Source: Eledone cirrhosa (Eukaryota). From it: a DNA stretch of 64,000 nt. Numbering within the stretch: position 1 is the first letter of the stretch; every line of letters begins with the position of its first letter. Location of the stretch: positions 31,248,001-31,312,000 of the forward strand of contig OZ024761.1 in assembly GCA_964016885.1 (NCBI GenBank), written 5' to 3'. The position numbers and the translations under genes were made by a program. This document shows positions 17,559 to 30,720 of this stretch, piece after piece. The notes under the pieces are model-generated. The model did not search any database, was not told where the DNA came from, and was given only the letters and a program-made list of their open reading frames with translations.

Positions 17559-18170
17559 GATCCTGCCAAATCAATGGGTAGCAGTAGTTCCAGCTGCACG
17601 CATCGAAAGACTGGTGTAGTGGTTCTGAGAACAATGCGGCTTTGCAGATGATCAATGACAATTGACAATGGAAAGGCGTTCCCGCTCGAGTTAGAAGAGA
17701 ACTATTGACCTTCAGGAGAAGCAGCGACCCCGGATGGTACTCAGCAACCGAAACAAATATGAAGTACACCAAATCCGATGCCACCTAGGTGCGGCCCTGG
17801 TCCTTCTTATTTGCGAATGTAAACTCGACCAGATTAGATAAGATTAGATTCATATCCCAGTTGGCAACTGTCGACCACAGCCAAGGATTATCGTATACGT
17901 ACTTAGTTGTAATAAGGTGGAAGATGGAAGAAGAGATAAAGGAGAACAAAGAATGCAGTATTTTCAAATTGAAAAGCAAATGGACGAACGAACTGACGGA
18001 CGGAATAACGTAACGAAAAAAAACAAAAAAACCCTTAAAACCTATCGTCTTGTGTATTTCGACAGCAGTAAAACAATTCCGTATTTCATCCTTCTTAAAG
18101 GAGGGAGATGAGGTGAAAGACGGAAGAAAAGATAGGGGAGGACAAAGCTAATGAGGATGTAGAGTATATA

Positions 18171-18341
18171 CAAATAAAATTCCGTTATAACGAATACCAT
18201 TATAATGAAATTTTTTTTTTCAATCCCCGAAGTAATAACAAACAAACGCTCTGTGATTCGTTCGATCTCGTTATAAAGAATTTTTCGTTACAACAAATTT
18301 GTTATACCCCGTGAATTTCGTTATAACGGAATTTCACTGTA
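18171..18341. mobile_element. Tc1/pogo (Tigger-like) MITE
   Basis: TIRs aaattccgttataacgaa and ttcgttataacggaatttcactg-ta; duplicate at 18702-18890. Confidence 0.65.
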
Positions 18342-18474
18342 TCTTGTGTCAATTCGACAACAGTATAAAAACAACTCCGTATTGCGTCCTTCTTAAAGGA
18401 GGGAGATGAGGTGGAAGGTGGCAGAAGAGATAGGATTGGACGAAGCTGATGAGGATGAGGAGTATCGACAGTCG

Positions 18475-18685
18475 ATCGACTTTCGCCAAATCGGACCGAG
18501 GAAACAATGTTTCCATTGGTCTTTCCAATTGCTAATTCCCTCTATCGGTCGCAACTCCAGGTAGAAGGAGCAACGTCAAATAAAATGTCTTGCTCAAGGA
18601 CATAACGCATCGCTCGGTCCAGGAATCGATCTCACAACCTCACGATTGTGAATCCAATTCTCTAACCACTCAGCCATGCGCCTTC
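18475..18685 (-). mobile_element. SINE family B variant with a distinct 3' tail
   Basis: tRNA-like head at about 18620-18685; matching copy at 50258-50474. Confidence 0.75.
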
Positions 18686-18701
18686 TGATGAAGAGTATAT
18701 A

Positions 18702-18890
18702 CTGGTAAAATTCCGTTATAACGAATACCATTATAAAAAAATTTTCAGTATAACGAAAATTTCTTTCAATCCCCGAAGTAATAACAAACAAATGCTCGAT
18801 TTGATTCGGTCGATATCGTTGTAAAGAATTTTTCGTTACAACGAATTTTTTTATGCCCCGTGAATTTCGTCATAACGGAATTTCACTGTA
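18702..18890. mobile_element. Tigger-like MITE, second copy
   Basis: Same TIRs and body as 18171-18341. Confidence 0.65.
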
Positions 18891-18989
18891 TCTTGTGTAA
18901 ATTCGACAGCAGTATAAAAACAACTCCGTATTGCGTCGTTTCTTAAAGGAGGGAGGAGATGAGTCATTTTGACAGCCGACAGCAAGTCT

Positions 18990-19410
18990 CAATTGAATCT
19001 TTACAGACTGTTTGTGAAGCAGAGAAGCAAGGTGGAACGCTAACAGAGACCACTATTGCCCTTAGCAGTGGAAACTTCTGGTGTCCTTGACCTTAGAGCA
19101 CCCTACTAACCACCATAGGCGCTGAGCTGGCCAGCCGCAGGTGTGAGCCTCGCGAGATGGAATGGCTCTTCCAGCGCGTCTCCCTTATCATGCTCCGGGG
19201 AAACGCCTTCTCCATTCTGTCCGCGCGGGGTTGTAGGGAGGTCAGCACGTGGGACCCTATTTGCTCAGCATTCGGAGAGATGGGGGAGGGCGAGAGAGAT
19301 GGGGGCGATGACAGTGGGAGTTCGGCTTTTCCACGTTCGGACCATATCCTTGTGGTTGTGTTCATTAAGCAGTTAATGAGTCTGTTTATGTATAGACTCA
19401 ATAGTGTACA
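18990..19410 (+). pseudogene. CRE-clade (RLE-type) non-LTR retrotransposon C-terminal fragment
   Basis: PLAVETSGVL, frameshift, then IGAELASRRCEPREMEWLFQRVSLIMLRGNAFSIL; resembles the CRE C-terminal P..ET.G...QR.S....RGNA motif. Confidence 0.7.
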
Positions 19411-19412
19411 TC

Positions 19413-19449
<37 letters not shown>

Positions 19450-19667
19450 GAAATTCTACACATTATCTAAGGCAGGACAGGCGACAACTGGCGGCATTCT
19501 CATATATTGACAAGTTATAAGTATTTCCGCTGTGACTAACTACCGGAAAATAACAATATACTGTTGTTCTGTTTCACATCTAACAGACTATAAGATGGTC
19601 TTGAGTAGTGGTTATCTTGGTAACCGATGCCAATTGATCTAGTCACGTCCATTACACAGCACACACG

Positions 19668-19706
<39 letters not shown>

Positions 19707-19994
19707 ATACACACATATACGTACACACACACAGCACACGCATACACATACAGCATGCACACACACACTCAAGTAATGGACGGGATTTATATTACTAGAA
19801 TTTTTTTTTCAACACGCTGACGCGTTTATGTATATATGTGTGTGTGTGCATGTGTATATGTGTATGGGTATACATATAAATAAAAACGCTTATAAAATAC
19901 ACACTCACTGATATATATTCACACAAATACACACACATTCATACAAACACACACACTCACACATACACATACATACCAAATAGAACGCCCTTTA

Positions 19995-20820
19995 CATTCT
20001 GAGTTCAAATCTCGCGGTCCATAAAATAAAGTACCAGTCACGCACTGGGGTCGATTTAACCGACTTTCCCTTCGCCAAAATTGTTGGCCTTGTGTTTATA
20101 GTAGAAATCGTTATATTATTTTACATTACTTTATATTATATAAAACATTTGAGGGCGGTGGATTGGCAGTATCGGTAGAGGGGTCGGACGCCATGCTTTG
20201 CAGCATAGAGTTACGGCTCTTTACGATCTGAGTTCAAATCCCACCGAGGTTAACTTTGCCTTTCATCCTTACGGGGTCGATAAAATAAAGTACCAGTAAT
20301 GTACTGGGATAATTGCTGGCCTTGTGCCAAAAGCAGAAACAATTATTTATAAAATGTCTTGAAAATCATAGGCGTATCTTTCATTAAAAATATATTAACG
20401 AAAGATCCTTTGTTAAGTTATGCGCCGAGATTTACTTTGCCTATCATATTTATGGGGTCGATAAAATAAAGTACCAGTAATGTACTGGGTAATAGCTGGC
20501 CTTGTGCCAAAAGTAGAAACAATTATTTAAAAAATGCTTTGCAGAGTTATGGCCTTTATGTTCTGAGTTCAAATCCCGCCGAGGTTAACTTTGCCTTTCA
20601 TCCTTACGGGGTCGCATTTGGGTCGATTTAATCGACTTTCCCTTCGCCCAAATTGTTGGTCTTGTGTCTATAGTAGAAATCATTATATTACTTTTACGGT
20701 TTGAGTTCAAATCCCGCCGAGGTTAACTTTGCCTTTCATCCTTACGGGGTCGCACTTGGGTCGATTTAATCGACTACTAGGATAATTGCTGGCCTTGTGC
20801 CAAAAGTAGAAACAAGTATT
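19995..20820 (+). mobile_element. Cluster of SINE family A copies and fragments (full copy 20152-20345)
   Basis: Repeated gagttcaaatcccgccgaggttaactttgcctttcatccttacggggtcg. Confidence 0.85.
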
Positions 20821-21254
20821 TTACAGTACTTTATATTATATAGACCATTTAAGAAATTGATCTGATTAAGTTTTTCAGTATCTTCCATGACAAGTCCAGA
20901 TTTAATGCATTAACAACCATATTTAAAACAAACAGTTTGAAAAATACTATATTCTCTGTGTAAATAATAATAATTCACAGATCTTTGGAGAAAACCTCGT
21001 TGAGAAAATTCTAAATTACAGATGGCTCTTTATATCGATTTAACATAATATTTGTAGGACAGAAATAACTTTAACATTGGTTGTTGTTTATCAGCGGCCG
21101 TAGTAGACAACTTGTTAAATATAAGCGTTCTTCAACTTCCAATTTCCATAAATAGATCGCATTTTGGCAAGACTCGACGAACATCCACTGATTATCATCC
21201 ATTTATATAAGCATGGAACGGGACCATTTTTTTCTGACATTCTTAAGACTCGAT

Positions 21255-21365
<111 letters not shown>

Positions 21366-21382
21366 ATACATCCCTCGTATAT

Positions 21383-21415
<33 letters not shown>

Positions 21416-21496
21416 CATATGTATATATATATATATATGAACTTTTCAGTCTACCCTCGTATATATATATATATATATAAATATATATATATATAT

Positions 21497-21774
<278 letters not shown>

Positions 21775-21782
21775 ATATATAT

Positions 21783-21838
<56 letters not shown>

Positions 21839-22499
21839 CATGTATATTTATATATATATGAGGGTAGATTGAAAAGCTGACTATGGCAGAATATTAAAAT
21901 AATTGTTTCTACTTTTGCCACAAGGCCAGCAATTACTCCAGTGTATTACTGGTATTTTTATTTTATATACCCCGTAAGGATGAAAGGCAAAGTTAACCTC
22001 GGCGGGATTTGAACTCAGTCCATAAAGAACCATAGCTCTATGCTGTAAAACATGGTGTCCAACTCTCTACCGATACTGCTAATAACGTTAACAGCAACGT
22101 ACTGGGGTCGATTTACCCAACTTTGCCCTTGCTTACATTCGCCCACCCTTTTAAAATGTGTGTTAGTGACCTTAAAATGGATACCTTTACATGAATACCA
22201 GCATAGACTAAAGCAGGGTTAGCATTAAAAAAAAAAATTTTGACTGTCTGTATGGCAGAATATTAAAATAATAAACGCTCGCCATTGAATGGAACTAAAA
22301 GAGACAATGCAGATGTCAGAGAATGACTTTGGTGTGTATTTATGGTGTACTTAATCTAAGAATTCGATTTTTGCAATATTCCAAATACTGGGCGGTGAGT
22401 TAAGAGTACAGAAATACTGTCAGCTGAATTTTGACATTTCTGACCTTATAAACCGAAATTCCGGTGAAGGTTGATATTATCTTCTTTGGTCTTTCTGCG

Positions 22500-22677
22500 A
22501 ATACTGCTATTGCTGCTGTTGCTATTACTGCTGTTGCTACTGCTGCTGCTACTATTGTTGCTACTGCTGCTGCTGCTACTGCTGCTGCTGCTGCTGCTGC
22601 TGCTACTACTACTACTACTACTACTACTACTGTTGCTACTGTTTCTACTAGTGCTACTGTTGCTGCTGCTACTACTG

Positions 22678-22718
<41 letters not shown>

Positions 22719-22797
22719 GTTGCTACTGTTTCTACTACTGCTACTGTTGCTGCTGCTACTACTGCTACTGTTGCTGCTGCTACTACTGCTAATACTG

Positions 22798-22862
<65 letters not shown>

Positions 22863-22941
22863 GTTGCTACTGTTTCTACTACTGCTACTGTTGCTGCTGC
22901 TACTACTGCTACCGTTGCTGCTGCTACTACTGCTAATACTG

Positions 22942-22973
<32 letters not shown>

Positions 22974-23296
22974 GCTGCTACTGTTTCTACTACTGCTACC
23001 GTTGCTGCTGCTACTACTACTGCTAATACTGCTACTACTACTACTACTACTACTGTTGCTACTGTTTCTACTACTGCTACTGTTGCTGCTGCTACTACTG
23101 CTAATACTGCTACGACTACTACTACTACTACTGTTGCTACTGTTTCTACTACTGCTACTGTTGCTGCTGCTACTACTGCTAATACTGCTACTACTACTAC
23201 TACTGTTGCTACTGTTTCTACTACTGCTACCGTTGTTGCTGCTACTACTGCTAATACTGCTACTACTACTGCTGCTGCTACAACTGCTACTACTGC

Positions 23297-23325
<29 letters not shown>
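22500..23325. repeat. (CTA/CTG)n triplet array with higher-order unit, then (TTA)n
   Basis: Direct reading. Confidence 0.95.
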
Positions 23326-23328
<3 letters not shown>

Positions 23329-23373
23329 GGGCGGTGGGTTGGCATATCGGTAGAGCGTCAGACACCATGCTTT

Positions 23374-23419
<46 letters not shown>

Positions 23420-23789
23420 TGGTAGTAGTAATGGTAGTGGCGGTTGTGGTAGTAGTGGTAGTATTAATAGTAGCAGTAGCAGTAGCAGTAGCAGTAGCAG
23501 CGGTAGTAGTACTAACAGTAGCTGTAGTTTAGTTCCAGCAGACATATAATGAAAGACATCCCAGCCATGACTATCCCGCCTTTGGAGTATTTTCCACCTT
23601 GAACTACAGTTTCCAGTCAGTTCCGTCTGTCTAGTTATAAAACGATGGCGTGTAGTTTGAGAGACATTCTGTCGATTCTGTGTGACTCTGAGTTCAAATC
23701 CTGCACATGTCAACTTTGAGTTTCATCTTTACGAGGTCTATAAATAGAGTATGATACCAGTTATGTACAAGGGTTGATTCATCCCCTAC

Positions 23790-23901
23790 ACCTCTCACTC
23801 TCTCACTCTCTCTCTCTCTTTCTCTCTCTCTCTTTTTCTATCGTTATCCTTCTATCTCTCTGTCTCTCGCCATCCTTCTCTGTCTCTCTCTCTCTTGCCA
23901 T

Positions 23902-23947
<46 letters not shown>

Positions 23948-24089
23948 CACTCACCATCTTCTCTCTCTCTCATGTCATCCTTATCTTTCTCACCATTCTT
24001 CTTTCCTTCTTTCACTCTCACCATCCAGCTCTGTCTCTCTCTCTCTCTCTCGCGCGCGTCATACTTTTCTCTCTCTTTCCCTCTCACCA

Positions 24090-24120
<31 letters not shown>

Positions 24121-24128
24121 TTTGCCAT

Positions 24129-24221
<93 letters not shown>

Positions 24222-24415
24222 GCCATCCTTCTCTCTCAATCACCATCTCTCTCTCTCCCTCATCATCCTTTTCTCTCTCGCGCGCGCACTATCCTTCTCT
24301 CTCTCTTTCTCTCTCACCATCCCCCTTTCTTTTAGTCTCTCTCTCACCATCCCTACCTCTCTTTCGCCATCCTTCTCTTTCCCCCACCCTCTCTCTCCCC
24401 CACTCTTTACTTTTC
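23790..24415. repeat. (CT)n-rich low-complexity tract
   Basis: Direct reading. Confidence 0.9.
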
Positions 24416-24999
24416 TATGGAACAAATTCAGCTGAGTTCAGACCTAAAGAGAGATGGGCCCTGCCAGGTTTAAATGTCAACACTGCGTCATAACTGAGTC
24501 CCCTACGACTACAAATACAAATTTAGACTCATGGCTAAGTAGATTGATAGATGGATGGATGGGTAGATGGGTAGTATACCTGACCCCGGACTATATTATC
24601 CAATATCTCCATATTTCTAAGATGCCAAAGTTTGATTTTGAGAGAGATTTGGCTGCTATTTTTAGCAGGCCGAACAACCACATAGAGGTCAGTTTATTGG
24701 TCCATTGGTTCATGTAAATGTTGTTTATATGAAGTAAAAACTTTGACCTTTTCCTGCTGACATTTTAATATAAATATTGTCCAACCAATCGAAACCAATA
24801 GATTACAATATGTCTGATCAATATCTGAATATTTTTTTTTTCCATTTAATCAATTTTTACATCATGCGTCCATCTGTCGGACATCAAATATTCTCAATTT
24901 CGTCTCCTTTTATGTGTCCACCTTCTGGGCATTAACATGATGTCAGTCTTGACAGGCTTCCTTGATACGAGTTCAACTATCGGATATTTGAAATTAACC

Positions 25000-25859
25000 A
25001 GTCATCAGATCTCGCCAAAGAAACAATATTTCCATTGGTCAGTTCCATTTCTGATATTATCTGCTGGTTGCAACTCCTGGCAGAAGAAAGGAACCGATTA
25101 TCAGATAAGACCAAGGAAACTATGTTTCCATTGGTGATACTATCTGTCAGTCACAACTCCTGGCAGAAAAAAACGGAGCTAATCAATAGACCAGATCAAG
25201 GAAACAATATTTCCATTAGTCTTTCTATTACTGATACTACCTGTCAGTCACAACTTCGGGCAGAAGAAAGGAGCTGATGATCAGATCAGTCCAAGGAAAC
25301 AATGTTTCCATTAGTCTTTCCATTGCTGATGCTATCTGACAGTCACAACTGGCAGAAGAAAGGAGCTGATCATTAGACCAGACCAAGGTAACAATGTTTC
25401 CATTAGTCTTTCCATTGCTGATACTACCTGTCAGTCACAACTGGCAGAAGAAAGGAGCTGATCATTAGACCAGACCAAGGAAACAATGTTTCCATTGGTC
25501 TTTCCATTGATGATACTACCTGTCAGTCACAACTGGCAGAAGAAAGGAGCTGATCATTAGACCAGACCAAGGAAACAATGTTTCCATTGGTCTTTCCATT
25601 GCTAATGCTATCTGTCAGTCACAACTGGCAGAAGAAAGGAGCTGATTATTAGACCAGACCAAGGTAACAATGTTTCCATTGGTCTTTCCATTGATGATAC
25701 TATCTGTCAGTCACAACTGGTAGAAGAAAAGAGCTGATCATTAGACCAGACCAAGGTAACAATATTTCCATTAGTCTAACATTGCATGCTGCCTGTCAGT
25801 CACAACTCATGGCATAAAAAAAAAGAGTTGATAATCAGATCAGACCAAGGAGACAATGT
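25000..25859. repeat. 92-bp tandem repeat, about 9 units, SINE-tail derived
   Basis: gaccaagg recurs at 25381, 25473, 25565, 25657 and 25749; unit resembles 18490-18570. Confidence 0.9.
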
Positions 25860-25922
25860 AATGCACTGGGGTTGATTTAATTGACTTCTCCTTCCTCTGA
25901 AATTGTGCCTAAATCAGAAATC

Positions 25923-25971
<49 letters not shown>

Positions 25972-26278
25972 ATCTGAGTTTTGCGAATATTAATAATTGT
26001 TTCTACTTTAGGCACAAGGCCAGCAATTACCCAGTAAATTACTGGTACTTGATTTTATCGACCCCGTAAGGATGAAAGGCAAAGTCAACCTCGGCGGGAT
26101 TTGAACTCAGATCGTAAAGGGACGTAACTATGCTGGAAAGCATGGCGTCCGACACTCTACCGATACTGCCAAAATAATAACATTCGATTCGTTTGCAATT
26201 ATGCAAGCAAGTCTCAATTTTATAGCCATGTCAGTAGAATGAACCCTTCATTTTTGCTCTTGTGTTGGCATGTGAACA

Positions 26279-26328
26279 GAACTGCAGACACTAATGTTTC
26301 TGGGTATCACCCTTCATCAGTACAGCTC
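26279..26328 (-). ncRNA. Minimal type I hammerhead ribozyme
   Basis: gagctgta-CTGATGA-a-gggt-gat-accc-a-GAAA-cattagt-GTC-tgcagttc; 8-bp stem I including G-U pairs. Confidence 0.8.
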
Positions 26329-26336
26329 ACTGCTCA

Positions 26337-26396
<60 letters not shown>

Positions 26397-26902
26397 TTTC
26401 TCTCTCTCTTTCGTCTGCGACTTCACAAAACTTACGTTTACCGAATTCGTAGACCAGACCCCTTTATCTTCTTCTTCTTCTTCTTCTTCTTCTTCTTCTT
26501 CTTCTTCTTCTTCTTCTTCTTCTTCTTCTTCTTCTTCTTCTTCTTCTTCTTCTTCTTCTTCTTCTTCTTCTTCTTCTTCCTCTTCTCTCCTTTCTATCTC
26601 TCTTTTTTCCCCCCCGTCAAACTTGGGCGAAATTCTTTCCTTGCTCACATTTCAACCAGGTTTGATGGTCTTTTGTCTCTTGTTCACGATTCCACCGAGT
26701 TTATATTCATAGAGATCTGGGACTTGTCTATTTCTTCTCACTTTCCGTTGCTTAAACTTTTTTGTTGTTACCCTGGCGTCCCCTTTGTTTACGTGTCCCA
26801 ACGACTTTTTTTAGCCGTTGTTCGCACCAATCTGAGGCATATGGCCCTTAAAGCGATGAAATGCCTAGGACGGTTGGAGGGTCACTGATGAAGGACTCAC
26901 TT

Positions 26903-26942
<40 letters not shown>

Positions 26943-27897
26943 AGGGAGTGTAACGTGAAGTTATTGTAGGTTCACCCAGGTGAGCATTCGATGTTAGATT
27001 CACGTCTGTGGCGAGGTGTAGAGCTAAACAGAGTGTAATATAATAATTGTTTCTACTTTTGGCACAAGGCCAGCAATTATCCAGTACATTACTGGTACTT
27101 TATTTTATCGACCCCGTAAGGATGAAAGGCAAAGTTAACCTCGACGGGATTTGAACTCAGACCGTAAAGGGACGTAACTATGCTGGAAAGCATGGCGTCC
27201 GACTCTCTACCGATACTGCCAATAATAATACAAGGATGATTTGTTTTACCTTCATTACGTTTATTGATTGGTGACGCGCGTTTCGCTATTGTTCAACTCA
27301 AGGTTCGATCTGTATCGATCTGACCCGACTCTGGAATCAAAAGCTCGTTGGACCTCTGCTGTAGTCACGATAGAATGAACATACAAAAATCACCGAGGTT
27401 AACTTTGCCTTTCATCCTTAGAGGGTCGATAAAACAAAGTACCAGTAACGTACTGTAGTTGATTTAATCGACTTTTCCCTCCCCCAAATTACTGGCCTTG
27501 TGCCTATACTAGAAATCATTATTGTATATATATATATTATAGAGGTAAAAGACGCTTCATATTTATTTATTTCGAGGGGAAAAAAATAGGCAACGGTAAT
27601 GATTTTTTCCCTTCCTCACAGTAGGGTGTTCCATATGAAAGTTGGGCCTTAATTAATCGAGATAATCTTTAAAAAAAATCTAATAAAGAACGTTTATTGT
27701 GAATTTGAACTTAAAACTCGTGCATTGAACCCAATTATTGAGGGGTGGGGGTCAAAATAATTGCCTCCAAGATTGGTTTGTAGTTGCCTGGAATGTAAAG
27801 AATTTGGATTTTTTAAAAATGAACAACGTATGATGAAATTCAAATAAATGTTATAGGCACCCTCTGTGTATGAGATATGTATGTATGTGTATATATA

Positions 27898-28111
27898 CAG
27901 GGTGGGCCAAAATTCACTTCTTACCTATTTCTAATAATAAAACATTGCAAATTAACTAAAAATTATTTTTTTTATCTTTAAATTAAATTTCATAATTCGA
28001 TTTTGTTTTTATTCAACTTTAATCTGAAAGAAAAGAAAAGAAATATAATATTTTAGTAATAAAAAAAATTATGAATTTTTAAAAATAGGAAGTTACTTTT
28101 GGCCCACCCTA
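27898..28111. mobile_element. Tc1/mariner-type MITE
   Basis: TIRs cagggtgggccaaaa and ttttggcccaccct, TA-flanked, AT-rich interior. Confidence 0.75.
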
Positions 28112-29062
28112 TATATATATAATGAGAAAGTGTGGCCAAAAATTTAGTACGGGTATACATTTATGGTACCCATTTACGTGTGTTATATTGAGGCAAATAA
28201 GTTTCTGTTTACTCTGGGATTTTTACATAACCTTACCTATTGCGTACGCTGAGATGCAATCGGTACTAGCAGGGTTTGTGGTTTTTCTCGCATCAGATGC
28301 GAGAAAAACCACAACCCTCCATCTCAATTCTACTTTTGAAAAGCATAAGAACTGTGAAACCGGTAAAGGAAACAAATAAATATTCCTAAAAAGATTCCAG
28401 TTGCATTTTCGATTTCTTTTCCTTACACTTTCACTCTTGTAGGACATCTCGTTTTCTTTTCATTAAAAAAACCCCTCATTTTCTTTTATATATATATATA
28501 CATATATATATACATATACATGGGGTTTGGCTGAAGATTTCATAGGCTGACAAGATACTCTCATGGAATGATCAAATGCGCTTTATTTTTCAACATAGTC
28601 CCTGGAAAGAAGCAATGCAGTTATTAAAAAGAAGAGTGTTGTATGTACACATGTATATAGAACAGTAATCAAATATTAAGTGGGTTAGCATTCAATAAGG
28701 ACGAGCAGGTTATACGTTTTATTTTCCTTTTCTTTCACAAAATAATATATATATATATGCATGTGTGTGTAAATCTCTCTCTCTATATATATATATGTGT
28801 TTAAATATATATGTAAATATATATACATACACACACACACACACACATATATATAACCAAAATTAAGGATGTCATGTCTGAGAAACATGCGCCCTAACCT
28901 CTGTATAATATGCTCAAAGATTCCAATGAATAGATCCGAGCATTTATATCAACTATAAATCGATTGACAGTATATATCTAAAATAAACATATGAAACAAT
29001 CACAGGGGATAATTTGTAAAGTGTGTAATCACACACAGCTAGGTAGGTAACTAATTAAAGTT

Positions 29063-29141
29063 TAACGAGAACTTCAAATATAGATACCGTTTAAAAATGA
29101 TTAATCATTTTTAAACGGTATCTATATTTGAAGTTCTCGTT
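29063..29141. repeat. Perfect palindrome of ~78 bp
   Basis: aacgagaacttcaaatatagataccgtttaaaaatgatt|aatcatttttaaacggtatctatatttgaagttctcgtt. Confidence 0.9.
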
Positions 29142-29195
29142 ATATATATAAAGTAAAATAAAAAGTCAAATGTTTAAAATTTAGCTTCGTTTATT

Positions 29196-29250
29196 ACTGC
29201 TATATATATTTCGGTGACAGCCATCTTTGGCTGTGACCTCTTCAGGCAGT
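29196..29250 (-). ncRNA. Minimal type I hammerhead ribozyme
   Basis: actgc-CTGAAGA-ggtcacagcca-aaga-tggctgtcacc-GAAA-tatat-ATA-gcagt. Confidence 0.85.
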
Positions 29251-29447
29251 CCGAATTAGTGTGGTATAGACAAGTACATATGTTGTTGAGGTGTATAATT
29301 TTGTCAATACTCTGATATGCCCAGTTCCTCATATGATTCCAGTTCCTCAGTGAAATAACAACCCAACCAGGAACTGGGCATATCAGAGTATTGACAAAAT
29401 TATACACCTCAACAACATATGTACTTGTCTATACCACACTAATTCGG

Positions 29448-29502
29448 ACTGCCTGAAGAGGTCACAGCCAAAGATGGCTGCCACCGAAATATATATAGCA
29501 GT
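29448..29502 (+). ncRNA. Minimal type I hammerhead ribozyme
   Basis: actgc-CTGAAGA-ggtcacagcca-aaga-tggctgccacc-GAAA-tatat-ATA-gcagt. Confidence 0.85.
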
Positions 29503-29660
29503 AATAAACGAAGCTAAATTTTAAACATTTGACTTTTTATTTTACTTTATTTTACATTACTCCGGAGTAACCAAACCAACCTGCGCACTTCGTGGAGTGC
29601 TCCAGCCTGCATACTTAGGTGTTGGTATACAACCAACATATACTCAAAATCTATATATAC

Positions 29661-29731
<71 letters not shown>

Positions 29732-29745
29732 AATCGATTTATAGT

Positions 29746-29779
<34 letters not shown>

Positions 29780-29846
29780 ATAATAATAATAAATTTGAAG
29801 ACTAAAATCCAAAGAGGGCTCGATAAGGATAAATATATATCAAACG

Positions 29847-29881
<35 letters not shown>

Positions 29882-29912
29882 TGTATATGTATATATATAT
29901 ATATGTATATTG

Positions 29913-29993
<81 letters not shown>

Positions 29994-29994
29994 A

Positions 29995-30053
<59 letters not shown>

Positions 30054-30069
30054 TGTATATATGTATATA

Positions 30070-30623
30070 TTCCCTGTAAATAATGTGCTCAAAGGAGAAG
30101 AAATCCTGAGCTCTTTAAAATACAATATGTTGAAAAGGTAACACACCAGAGAGAGATACACAGTGCGCTATCAATAAAACAGGGAAAAAACCACCAGTGT
30201 ATGGAATCTATAACCTATGAAAGGCAGACTATAGACACGATAATTAAAAATATAAATTAAAGCGTAAATAAATACCTCTATAACTATATAACACACGTAC
30301 AAATCCAAAGAGATCTGTTTCGCCAGTAATTTGTTGACAGAAATGGAATAACCACGGTTCCTCGGCGTGTGTAAGGCTATACATTTCAGACAACACTAAG
30401 AGAATTTTAAAAGTGACTGTCCAGCTACACGTGGGAGAGAGAAGTCACAGCGTGTTTAAGGGCAGTGAACCAGTGGCCTATGAGGGACGAGCTGCTAGAA
30501 AGGGCAGCCCAAAACTACTCAGAGAAGTGTGCTCAACCAAACAGAGAGATAGGAAAGACTGTTATAAGGAGCGAAATATAATTGATAGCGCACTGTATAT
30601 CTCTCTCTGGTGTGTTACCTTTT

Positions 30624-30630
<7 letters not shown>
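30070..30630 (-). mobile_element. TA-embedded element with ~50-bp inverted repeats (pLTR-like)
   Basis: 30125-30175 is the reverse complement of 30581-30630; minus-strand gaaacagatct at about 30311-30321. Confidence 0.55.

Positions 30631-30717
<87 letters not shown>

Positions 30718-30720
<3 letters not shown>

Larger units (their letters stand above)
29149..29655 (+). mobile_element. Fold-back pLTR-like element with ~180-bp arms and two opposed hammerheads
   Basis: 29149-29328 is the reverse complement of 29369-29550 (one mismatch seen); ~100-bp tail follows. Confidence 0.85.

Noticed and set aside
19535-19620. Possible hammerhead on the minus strand (ctcaaga...gaaac)
   Set aside because: Core mutated and stem I not supportable; candidates at about 2350-2380 and 35823-35880 rejected likewise
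22400-23713. Mucin/antifreeze-like Thr/Ala ORFs
   Set aside because: (CTA/CTG)n array; the ORF runs through a SINE head
25000-25859. 92-bp periodic repeat with hairpin, as CRISPR or tandem retrozyme
   Set aside because: The whole unit is repeated with no spacers, and no complete hammerhead core was found
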